This document shows positions 12,721-25,302 of a DNA stretch of 64,000 nt, piece after piece. The notes beneath the pieces were generated by a model, which saw nothing but the letters and a program-made list of their open reading frames with translations, did no database searches and was not told where the DNA came from. Numbering within the stretch: position 1 is the first letter of the stretch; each line of letters begins with the position of its first letter. Both the position numbers and the translations under genes were made by a program. This DNA is from Antedon mediterranea (lineage: Eukaryota > Animalia > Echinodermata). The stretch covers positions 36,444,388-36,508,387 of the forward strand of contig NC_092670.1 in the NCBI RefSeq assembly GCF_964355755.1, read 5' to 3'.

Positions 12721-12870
12721 ATGCCACTTGATCAAAACCAGAAAAAGAAACTAGATGACTTTCTAGACTTTACTCACTGCCAGGACAGACAAAGAGCTCA
12801 AGTAATACTATCAGATTGCAACTGGAACGTGGATAATGCCATTGGTCAGTTCTTGGACAACTATTCTTAG
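12721..12870 (+). CDS. UBA-like domain exon (probable last exon of the PARP-domain gene)
   Basis: tttcag|ATG acceptor; MPLDQNQKKKLDDFLDFTHCQDRQRAQVILSDCNWNVDNAIGQFLD matches the UBA-like pattern F..FT...A..L...NWN...A...F seen in DCN1/TDP2/FAF-type proteins; AATAAA at ~12909. Confidence 0.75.
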   Translation: MPLDQNQKKKLDDFLDFTHCQDRQRAQVILSDCNWNVDNAIGQFLDNYS

Positions 12871-13844
12871 TCAGTGCTATGGTAATTCAAGTTAAATTCA
12901 GCAAAGCCAATAAAGTTTCTTAAATTGCAATGTTTACCAGATATGTATGTAGGCCCAGTGAAAGAACGATTCTAATATTAATTACAATGTTTACATACAA
13001 ACAAAATACAGAGCCATAGCCACCAGTGGAGTTGATCAGGTTTCAAACCTTTTGATAGGAAACACCCATCGATTAATTATTTTGATCAATGACACCAATT
13101 AAAGAAGTATTGTCCTCCAACACAGGAAAAATAAAGATGAATAAATCAAAGGTTGAAAGGCCATTTTATTCTATTTAATTTTTTTTATATTTAAAAAAAA
13201 TATATATTTAGACAAACTGCCTAGGATAACCACTAGCGAATTCATTCACTATCCTTCTAAATAAACTTTTTTTATTTCCATTAAAAAAATGTTTTGCTTA
13301 TAAAAAAAGACAATATAAACTGTAAAATTTAATCAGTGTATTTGTAGTAATAGATCTAATATTATTGATATTTTGTAATAATGGCTTCAAAAATCCATTT
13401 AAAATCTTGTCTGGCTTTGGGATTTTATACTCATTTTACCGATTTATTTACTAACCATAAACAAATGTTAATTTAAGTTGAAAAGAATTTCTTAATTTAT
13501 TTGCATCAGAAATCTTTAAATTTACAAATTATTTTAATTATTGTACGCCTATAATACAAAGCAATGCTTGATATAATAAATAATATATTACAGTGTTGAT
13601 GTGATGATTGTTTCATAGTGTTAAAAAAACAGCATAAAAAGAATTATCTTATTCTGTATAATGATAAAATCAGTCAAGCTTTAATTTTGATAATAATTTA
13701 TGCATGGTGGTGATCTTCCAGTCTGTTGTTAAAAAGTAGATGAAGAAAATATGAATACGCATGCGCATTAACCAACTCTTCGATTCGCGCGAGAAATACG
13801 CTCAAGTGGGGAAAACGGGCATTAGAAAAATAATATATTTTATT

Positions 13845-14400
13845 ATTTATTTTGTTTTATTCATTTCGGCAACAAAACATGAAATAATAATTACAAAACA
13901 TAGAAATATATATATATGAAGTACAAGACACGAAGCCGAGGAGAGACAAAAGCATTAAACAAAACGCTGTCACCGGTAAGGTGTGTCTCTCCAACCCAAC
14001 AATTACAAATAACAAGAATATATACTATAATAACAACATTTCACAAGATAAAAAAAATGATTTAAAAAGTTAAAAAGTTTCTCTCCGACATTTAAAATAT
14101 TGCTTTAGAGATAATTTATAATTAATAAATGAACCATTAACAAAAATATCGCGAATCTCATTGGGTATGAAATTCCAAGTTCTAGTGAATCTGGTCGGGA
14201 TGCAAAATTGTGACATATCATTACTGGAGCGAAGATGCTTGAAAGTGAGGGTATCATGACGATTATTAACTATGAGTAAATTATAAATAATAGATCTTTG
14301 ATGATAAAGTAAAACATTGCAAACAAATAGAACAGTATAACAATCTCTAATGGCGATTGTGGATGGGATATCAAGAGTGTCTTTCAGGATTCCATATTTT
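13845..14400 (-). mobile_element. 5'-truncated LINE (CR1/L2-group-like) 3' end
   Basis: The minus strand encodes SQFCIPTRFTRTWNFIPNEIR..INYKLSLK, like the W-N-x-x-P C-terminus of CR1/L2 ORF2, followed by a 3' UTR stem (GGAGAGACA..TGTCTCTCC) and an AATAAA-rich tail. Confidence 0.6.
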
Positions 14401-14738
14401 GCTTAAGGGGTTGCTCCGGGCTTAAAATTGTATTGTGTATTATAAAATATAAACAATTGCAACCACATAATAATAATAATCCCATTTATCTCCCGACAGC
14501 AGAGAATCAGAGTAATGAGACCTCCTTGATTTTTAGTCTTAAGCTCTGTCTACGCTGTCAAACTTTAGGCCTATGTAACAAAAAAAAGTGTGATGTTCCC
14601 ATATATGGGCGTGATGATGTTATATTACTACCATATTTGAGCATATCACTTCCATATTTGTCAAACTCGTTTGATAGTGTAGGCTTCAGAAGATAATCTT
14701 ATATTATGAGCCTCTTTCTTTCAAGATTCCATATTTCG

Positions 14739-15121
14739 CTTAAAGGATCGCTCCGGGTGTTTAAACATTTGTAGCAACATAACACAACACCACTTATTAA
14801 CCGAGAGCAATGAAGCAGAGCGCTGTGAGATACTTGATGTTCTAATCTTAGAAGTTCGCCAAACTTTTCTCATTTATCGAACATATTATTTTTCATGACG
14901 CTCGTTAGGCTGCATTTCTGTGGAAAATTAGGTGACATCATCAATGTTGTTTTATATTTAGCCCAGCTTTAGTCCAGGACTAAAGTTAACCCCTCTCAAG
15001 AATACATTATTATGGATATTCAAGGACTTAAACCCTAAGATAACCCCGAACAAAAGTTAGTCCCCTTTTAAGAATAGGCCCTACCGGGCCTAGACATTTT
15101 TAACCCGGAGATAACCTTTAA
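14739..15121. mobile_element. TTAA-flanked TIR element (Kolobok-like)
   Basis: TTAAAGGATCGCTCCGGGT...ACCCGGAGATAACCTTTAA; related ends at ~14403 and ~16575. Confidence 0.45.
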
Positions 15122-17066
15122 CCCTACCCAAGCTACTTCTATTTCAATTCATCTTAACTGTATGTCTAAAAATCTTATAAGGAACAGATATTTTGTGGTT
15201 AAAAAAATACCACATTCCCCCTGACATCAATCCAGATTGTCATCACCCACGGAACGTAGTAATTTGCAACTAACAATTTAAAGGTGTTCCATATGATGTT
15301 ATTATAGGATGTGGAATAGACACATGAGAGTGAAGGGGTCGTCGCGTCCCCATATCCCACACTTCGACCCTTTAATTCATCTCGTATTTTCAAATATGTT
15401 CACAATCGCGTTTGTATGAACTGTGGCGTAACGTAGAAAGACATGAGGCCTCTGGTAGGAACCCTAAGTGGTCCTCCAACGTTGGAGGCCTCTGGCGTTT
15501 TTAGCCTTTTCCTCTGGGCACTGCTCAGGGGCCCTATAAGGGCCCCTGGGTTTAGCCAGTGAGCGCTCATAGCTATTGTACATGGGTTAGGAAATTAGGC
15601 CTTTAAAAAAATGTCAAACATTATATTGAATTAATATTAATTATTTATAAAGAAAAAGAGATAAATAAACTGAAATAATAAAAAAGAGAAGGTAATTATC
15701 GAAAAGTGAAAATGAAGATGTATTAAACTTTTGTTCATATGAAATAAAAGGTGTGGTTCACGCCACAAGAAGAAAAAACGGGCCTTTTTAAAAATGAAAA
15801 ATCTGGCTCCTTTCCCAGGTTTATCATAGTTTCGATATTAGGCCTACTGTCAATTGGTTGTTACACAATTTGACGACAGCGTTTCTCTGTGATAAGACAG
15901 CGGTAAAAATCAAAGGTAACACACACAAAAAATGTATGTAAATTCGAATAATAACATTATGATTCTGGCGCGCGATTTCCGTAGCAGTCTGAAAAATCTA
16001 GCCTACAACAAAAAATAAATTCAAATGTTAATTTGATTGAAAACGTTGAACATACAATTTGTCTAGCCCTTTGAAAAAACATACTTTTAATAATAATTTT
16101 CATGGAATTATGCTTGTTAGTTACGCGTCTAGTCGGCAGCAGACTTTTCTGCAATTAATCATAAATTTGACATTTCTATTGATCTTTGTGATCAAAGCAA
16201 ATGTGAATATTGGTTCCATCCAAGTTAAATTTCCATGAATTGAATATATAATGTTGATTCACGTCTGTACTTTATGGATTTTGTCAAAATAATTAGGCTT
16301 ACGTTCGATAAAGGTTAGGATATATTGGCATTGCCTTAACGCGGAAAAAGAGATGCGGCGCTTAGCTGGTGTGAGATCGTCAGGCCCACAAGGATTCGTT
16401 GATGATGTAGGCCCTACAGTTGTGACCAGTGACCGTTGTTGTCATCGGATGACCGGATAAATTCATAAACCAAAGCTAACGGTTGTAATCCTGCGGTTTA
16501 TTTTAAGGATATTATGTTTTATTTAATTAGCAACCCGAATTAATCGGCTTTAGGAGGAGTGACCAACGCGTCCTTTAAGGGTAGCTCCGGGTTTAAAATG
16601 ACCAGTGTTTATTATATAAACCTTTGACTTACAAACCTGATGATTCCCGGTTAACGAATGAAAGTCATTAAAATCTGTATATTTGTCCTGTGCACCACTT
16701 TCTATTAAAGGGGGCTTGTTTCCGTCGAAAAATAAGTTTGGTTATTCATTAATTATTGTTATCAATTTTGTTTCTCAAAGGTTTATCCTTTGTAGTAAAT
16801 AATATCTTTCTTTCTCCCTTCTTTCTTTCTTTTATTCATATCACGGTCGGAGCCGAAGCTGAATTACTGTGTATTTACATTAAAATGTATAAAACGATAA
16901 AAGTATTTAAAAACGGTAACAATTATACAACATCCAGGAAACAAACGAAAAAAACAGAAACGAAGAAAAAGTACAAATACAGAGGTAAAACAGAGTTTAA
17001 AACTGTACTGAACTGTATAGTCATGATATCAAGTTATACTGGTATAAAAGAACAAATCATTCATTA

Positions 17067-17821
17067 AAGCGTGGTTCCTGCACTAGAACGCAACGTATCG
17101 ACGCAAAGTGCTGTATTGCGTAATCACAAGTGAGAACCGACGACGCGAAAATGCTGCAAACATCGAAAAGCTTGGTTCCCACTCCAGCGACGCAACGCAA
17201 GGACGTAACGCAACGCAAGTGAATTGACCAATCACAAGTGATGGCTTATTCGCTTGTGATTGCTAACTGTCTATAACTTCGCTTGTCATTGGTTAAAACG
17301 CTTGCGTTGCGTTTACGTCCTTGCGTTACGTTCTAGTGGGAACCAAGCTTTAAGTTTGATTTCACGCAGGCGGGGCCAAACACAATGATTAGAAGAAGGG
17401 CATTTTCTTTCGTTGCGTAGATTGCGTTAAGCGTGGTTCCCACTAGAACGCAACCCAGTGACGTATTGACGTAAAGTGATGTATTGCGTAATTACAAGTG
17501 AGAACAGACGACGCAATAGTGCTGCAAACATCGTAGGTTTGATTTCACGCAGGAGGCGAGGGCAAACACAATGATTAGAAGGAAATTTTCTTTCGTTGCG
17601 TAGATTGCGTTACGTTGCGTCGCTAGTGAGTACCAATCTTTAAGCGTGGTTCCCACTAGCGACGCAACGCAAGGACGTAACGCAACGCAAGTTAATTGAC
17701 CAACCACAAGCAATGGCTTTTTTCGCTTTTGATTGCTAACTGTCTATAACTTCGCTTGTCATTGGTTAAAACGCTTGCGTTGCGTTCGTCCTTGCGTTAC
17801 GCTGTAGTGAGAACCAAGCTT
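17067..17821. mobile_element. Cluster of nested MITE family B copies
   Basis: Repeated AGCGTGGTTCCCACTAG..GACGCAACGCAAG...CTAGTGGGAACCAAGCT units at ~17067, 17170, 17430 and 17643. Confidence 0.85.
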
Positions 17822-20480
17822 CACGTTGAATTGCACCTTTTCTGTATCTTTCAACTTTGCATTTAGGTTGTTGACGTCTTAGCTTCATGTTACTACTATT
17901 ATTCACTGGAAACCATTTATCAAAATATTTACACCACGGGAAATTATACCGTAACCTTTAAATTATTATTTATTAAATATATAAGTGTGAAAACATGGCT
18001 CAACATTAGTGACGATCGTTTACGTCAAAAAAGTCTTCGAACACTGGTCATCAATTATCCGTTTCAACTTATTAGCAATTAACAGTATTATTATATTACT
18101 TAGCATTTTTTACGAGGTTTTTTTTCCTCATAGTTACAAGGTACAGAATGACGTAATAATGGTTTGTGACGTAACCAATCGATGAACAAAGTTTGTAAAA
18201 GATGTGGGCGTTCCATAATCTATTAATGGGTTATTAATTGATAGCACCATCATTAGAAGTGCAATACGCTTATTGTATATTCTCAGAGATTGTTGAATTG
18301 ATGACTTAACCGAGACCAAAAACGTTCACATCAAAATGCATTTTATTTTTGTGAAAATAAGCGTCATCGGTATAATTATGAAGTTATACATTTATTACGT
18401 TATATTTATAATTTTTAAATGATAACACAAATATTATGACAGAAATATTGCGTCAGTCGGTAGTAAACGTTAGTGGCATCGTACTGACTTAGTACACCGT
18501 CACTTAGTTGTTGTTCCAGAGTCTTCTGTTCAAATCATGTCACATCAAACGATTTTCTGACGCCAAGTAGATTACAGCGAAACTTGGTATAGAAATTACG
18601 AGTTTATCGCGTGGTGTGCTTGAAAGAAAATTTGTTAATGTTTATCTTTAAATGTAGGCCTACTTTATTAAGTGCGATCATTTTTTTGCTATCGAAGATA
18701 GACTTCGATATCAGTGAAATTCGAATCTTGGAATCTTATTCTGCCCTGGATCTAAGGCTTTGCCATATAATTGTGACGTAATGACCAATTTACACAGACG
18801 AGCGGTAACGGTAGACGTGAGAACCAACAAACAACATTAAAACACATAGCAGCAAAACGAGAATGATACAGCACTCGCGAATACATACAATTCACAATTC
18901 AACTCAGTACATAGGCATATATAGATTGTTTAATTAGGCTATGTTCAATATAGTTTGTTGCCTTCTAACAAACGTTTCCACTTTCATTTCGAACATTGCC
19001 ATCGTCATAATTAATCCCCAATAATCCGCAATTAATAACATAGTCTACATTCAAACTTTATTGTTATCAAATGGCGCCGTGGACAACATTAATTGAACGT
19101 TAATTATCAGTGTTCCCTTTATATTCGCGTACAATACGTCTATAACTTCTGTTAAGTGTAAAACATTAAAGACGAAACCATATGTCTGTATTGCCAACAT
19201 AGGAAATTCCCATGTGTTATAATCCAAATCAATTCATTTATGTGTGAGAAAAAGTACATCCTATGGGATTTCGAAGGGATTAAAGGGATTATGATTAAAA
19301 TAGATATATAATGCATAATAATGCTTTAAAAATGTGGGCGGAGATTAAATATATTTTCTTTCATTTTGGTGGAATACTTCATCTATCTTTACTGTGCCAA
19401 TCGTAATTTTTTGACAGTGACCTGGTCATTTTCGGGGGACTTTTCATCATCATCATCATCATCACAATACTCGTCAGGATGGCAGACCTCAAGGTTTCAA
19501 TGGAATGGTGAGTCTTCATTCCAGACAAGTTTCGTTTTAAAAACCACAAAGAAACTGTAAGTTTTAGACAATACATTGTTTTGTAATCTAAAATACAATA
19601 CATTACAATATCTGTTACCGACATCCGATTATTATTTTCACGTTTTACGGAGGGACGTCTGCTCGTGACGTAACGAGTTACCGCGAATTGACATTTTGAT
19701 GACCGACGCGGTGCGATGGTACGTTTTGTCTTCCACAACAATTATACCGCATTTCCGCAGACTGACACTTCGCTTCACTATTAAAGACATTGGATTTTAT
19801 TTCAGCTTTACTAGTATTTTCGCCGATATCTACCTGAGACGCGGTACAACAAAAGGTGACTGTCGCATTGAAGAAACCACTGCAAACTTGAACTTTTCTT
19901 CTGTAATTAAGCAGATAGATAGGTAAGTTTATTTAGCATACCTTTTAGCGCTATAAAATATACCTGCACCACCAATACATGATGCGTAATATCGAATAGG
20001 TTTAAACTGTGTATCATTTTTTAATTTAAAAAAAAAATGAACTACCATCATAGGACAATATAAAAAAGACTAAAATCTGCGTAATGTTCCTTTATATCTA
20101 CTATTATCATTAATCTGTTAAATTTTATTCTCTCATTGATGTGCAATATTCCGATTCCGATGCAAGTTAATGAGTTTTTATTTCGTTTAAGTTATGATGG
20201 AAAGCATAATAAAATAATAAATAAATAGGATAATTAATTGGAGGAAAAGTATTTATAACTGATTGTAGACATCCGGATGGATTTATTGAAAGTGTTTCGC
20301 AATTTTAGCAATGAAATAAATCAATGAAATCTCCTGACCTAATTATTCTAATTATTAAGTTAAAATGTGTATATTTATTTAGGTCACGTTGAATTTATGA
20401 CTTCAGGAGATAATATGCCTCCGTGTTGCCATCATGAGGAATTTTCCTTATTTTTTCACTGTATAATATATTTGGAAAAT

Positions 20481-20670
20481 CAGTGGCGTAACGTAGACCC
20501 CTGAGGCCCCCAGTTTAGGAGGAACACTAAGTGGCCCTCCAACGCTGGAGTTAGATTTTTTCAACATATTTTAATGCCTGTTTTCCTATGGGCACTGCTC
20601 AGGGTCCCCATAAGCTCCGAGGCCCCTGGGTTTAGCCAGTGAGCGCTCATCATAGTCGTTACGCATGGGG
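20481..20670. mobile_element. Short TIR element (CAGTGGCGTAAC...GTTACGC), dispersed family
   Basis: Related copies at ~15422-15585 and ~37155-37316 share GCCCCTGGGTTTAGCCAGTGAGCGCTCATAG. Confidence 0.65.
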
Positions 20671-23600
20671 AAGGAGCGTCTTGCAAGTCTAAAACAGTCT
20701 GAATTTAACTTTACTTAGGCATAAACCTCTATCTACAATATGCAACTACTTTGACAAAAAAGTGTGATGTGCACAAATATGGTAGTGATATGCTTAACTA
20801 TGGTAGTGCTATGATATTATCATGTCCATTAGGGGCACATCACATTTTGTTTTGTCACATAAAGTTTGATAGTGTAGACAAACCTTTACAGAGATATGGA
20901 ATGGGGGACAATGACATAATAAATAGTCATTCACCTAGGCCTTACTCAAACCGAGTAATATGGCAATTATATACACATCAACTTGGGAATACTGTAAGCA
21001 ACATCATCCATTAACTTCAAGTACATCACTCTCCATGCAATTACTAAAAGTAATATTATATATATAAGTAATCTAACATATGACCATGCACATTAAGCAA
21101 CTTTAAGCAAGATAGTGTCATTATAATTCTAAAATATTATCAGAAATTAATATCTTTAAACTAATTGGGATTTTTTTGTATATATATAATCCATACATTA
21201 TTGATTCGTATTAGGTAAATTGATACTCGTGTCAACAAAGTTTCTAGTTCCAATTTATTTTTCCAAATTGCATATTTATAAGATAATTTGATGAGATGAG
21301 TGGTTTAGATAAAGCACAAATGGAGGAAAAAACCAAAGGCAAAGCTCGTTTTTGTAGCTACTCTTTACATATAAAACGGACAAAGACAGGACAATACATA
21401 AACAAATAAAAACTTTATGGAAGCTTAAAGTGACTTTCCGAGTTACTCTTTCAATGATAATTAATAGTTCTTTAAAGATATATTATCCCCTGAAAAAAAT
21501 GTGTGTAATGTTTTAGTTGAATATACCATTTTATGTCACATCATAATCGAAAAATAAATTATTTACGTAAAAATACTGTAAATTTAAAGATGTATTCTTT
21601 CTCTGAAAAAATGTTTAATGTTTTTGTAACATACCATTTTAATGTCACATCATAGAATTTTCACTTTGACCAAAAATTGGATCAAAAAAAAATATTTACC
21701 TGAAAAAACTGTAATTTAACGCAAAAGTACTCAAATTGACTGGAAGTCGGGGGTTGTAATTGAATTTACCCGTTTATTTTATCGTTTTATAAATGAAACA
21801 TTTTTTTTCTATACGGAAGTGATGTTTTTGGGAGACAATACATTTTAAAGCTTCTGTACTACATACACGTTTGCAAGTTAGATGCATGGGACTGGGAATT
21901 TGAGGAGATGAAGGGTATTAAAAACGCACATAAATTGAATGTATGAAGGGGCATAAATGGTTCTGAGACTCGGCTGGTGCCATTTTTTAAAACCTGTCTC
22001 TGATCCTCTAAAGCTCATTTTCATTATATATTATTATCTATCCTATCTTATATAGTGTCATTCGATTGATAGGATATAGTTACACTCTTCCATTACGTTA
22101 GATAATGGCATTATGATTTACACACAACAATATCATGTTTAAGTTATTTTTATTCTCCAATAATAGAGGATAAATAATAGAAAGCCATCATCAGCTATGA
22201 TGTAAAACCGACGCTCTAATTTTTATCAAAAATAGATTTACTACCCGATGGGGCTTTATACAAGTTTAATCGGTCTAGCACATAATGCCATATTCGAGTT
22301 GTGGTTAGTGGGCAGGCCATACAGGATGATTACTATTGCTCGTTATTTTTAACATTTACACACTCACTCATTCATAGATGTTTGGAAGGCTCCCATTTTT
22401 AAATCCAAGTACTTTGCGAACAAGCGTTTATTTTAATCGTCCCGGCGGTATATAGCTGATGAAAGTGTTAAATTATAACTAGTAACGCTGACAAGTCACG
22501 TTTAAAACATATACTATTTGACACGAGGATTTGAGTGCGGGATTAATCACATTGGAGCAGGTTTTTTTCTAAACTTAACTTCTGTCAGCAGTTGTTGAGT
22601 AGATGGTTGTTTGCGGGCTTGTTCGCTCAGCGCGACGTGTTCAAATTATAGAAATAACGATTTAAAGGAACTATACCACAACTAAGGTAAGAGAGTGAAT
22701 ATATCTTTGATACCATTGATTGTCATTCGTAATATGTACCTTTAAACATTGAAACTTGTCAAAAGATTGATGTTTTACGTTAGTTTTTGTGTAAGTTTTT
22801 TGTCAAGCTAGTTTAGAGCCAATGTTATTCTCCATAACGAATAACAATGCATTATGTTGTCTGCGGTGACGTGTATATATAAAATAATTTTCAACAAAAT
22901 GATACGTGTGGATAATGTGATTATTCCTGATTAAAGCAATTATTCATATATCTTGTTGAACGTAAAGTGAAGGTTTGTTTATTTGCCATGGAATCTTTAA
23001 CCAACTCTCAAATCACAAGAAGCTATCTTGATTTTCTTGAATTTCTTACAATTTCAAATCATATATAAGTTTCATCAGAGCGTTATAAACTTGTATTAAT
23101 ACTATTTCGGCTCTCATTGAATCTCAAACAATTAATATTACTTAACATTATCGACATAATTGAGTCGTATAGCGTTCTCTTTTTTAATCTAATTTAAAGA
23201 GTGACACATTTTGACAAATTGAAAAAAAGTCGCCAGACAAACTAGGTTTTTAATTCATTGCCAGGAATAGATTTCTTCTAAACAGATAGTTTCAAAATTA
23301 GGGGAAATTTATTTAAATAGATAATTTAAAAGATAATTTACTAGTGCATCCTTTATTAACTTGTCAGCAGCAAGAACAACATGTTTTTTAACACATAGAG
23401 TAACTATATCTGTGTTACATCCAAGCTGTCTGTTTTGTAGACTTTATTTTGACAGGAAAAAGAGCGTGTTACCATGTAGAACAAGCAATAGGCTTTAAGC
23501 CTGCAAGACAAACATATTGACCTAAGGCCAAGAACGATCTCATTATATATAATTAGGTCATTTTATTCATAATGACAAGCAAAATATGAAATAAAAATAA

Positions 23601-25302
23601 AATCTGCACAAGTTGTTGAATTTTTGAAAAATGTAATCAATAACAATTTTCGAAGAAATGATAGTTTCCGCAACTACAGATTTCAGGTCTGTATAAGTTA
23701 AAATAAAGTAATGATAAAATTTATGTGACTAAAAAATGTGATGTGCCCATATATGGACATGTAGATGTTATATCACTACCATTTGGGCATATCACTATAC
23801 CATATTTGGGCACATCACACTTTTTTTGTCAAACTAGTTTGATATAGAGTATACCAGAGCTTTACAAGTAGGCCTAAAAGAATATACCTGCGTTCAGAAA
23901 CATCTATTCAATTTAATGGCAGGTAAAAAAGGAAACAATACCTAACAGGAGATTAACTAAATAAACGAGCTCATCTTGACTATGAACAATATATAAACAA
24001 ATAATATATTTAGTTTAAGAGAAGAAAAATATTAAAAAAATAAACTAGATACTACTATTATTAATTGCATAACTATACAAATCCACGTTTCCATGTGACA
24101 AATAGTTTGGAAGAGATCCAATGCTTGAATACATAGACGTAAATATTTGTTGGACAAATATATAAGACCTATGTCTTTACTGAGCAGTCTTATTGACGGA
24201 ATACCCACCAACATTGGCCTAAATCTATCCCTTTACCCTGAAAGAGTTAGCAACTAAGGGCACTTATGGAGCATCTAAAGCCTTGTCTACACTATCAAAC
24301 TGTATGTAACAAACATATGTGATTTGACCATATATGGACATGATGACGTCATATCACTACCATATTTGGGCATATCACTATACCATTTTTGTTGTCAAAC
24401 TAGTTTGATAGTATAAACAGAGCTTAATATGGTTTATCCTACATCGTCAATTGGTATATTTTAGTATTATTATTCAGTAAGGTGTGCTGAACTTATTAAC
24501 CTTGATAGGCTTCCGAACGGGTACCCGAGGCATGACCTGTCTTTTTACTATATAAACTGTTGCACATGCGTAGTAGTAGGCATATAGAATACAGACGTAT
24601 CCTGGTTACTGGGATAGAATGACGTATGCAACAACCACTAATATTAGCAATCTATCACCGTATCATGACTAACCCATCCTTATACCACTCCAACCAGACG
24701 CAAAAAAGCGACCAACACCCACAATATATTGATACCACAAAGAGAGACACCATTTGACGCGACGTTGTTCTCTTCGTGATCTCACTACGACAACATGCCA
24801 CAATAATTGTAACTCCATAACCCAATCTTAATTGTACTAAAGCTGACTAAATATCATTTAGTTACACTAAAGTTAGTTATTGATTTATTAATAAATAATC
24901 AATAATTAATTCCATCAGATTAAGGTGGTTTTACAAAGAAATGCCAGGAAATAATCTTAAATGGTCGAAAAAAAAAATTTGAAAAAAAATCATTCTATAA
25001 AATACCGTTATATGTTTTATTAAAATTGAATAATTAGGCCTACACTAAAGTCAGAAAATAATTCTACAATACTGTTTTACTCTAAACAGATTGGTCACTC
25101 TCTTGAGGTTTTTCTTTCATTAGGAACTCTGAAAAGAGTGAAATCCTCCCTTAGTTAACGATTTTCATTCAATACAAAGTTTAAATATACTTATATATAA
25201 TTTTCAGACACTTTTTAAACCACTCTCTTAAACAGTGTAATACGTCACTGGCATTGTTTTGTCTTTAAGGTAGCAGTTCGTTCTTCTTTGTTTCAGACAG
25301 AA

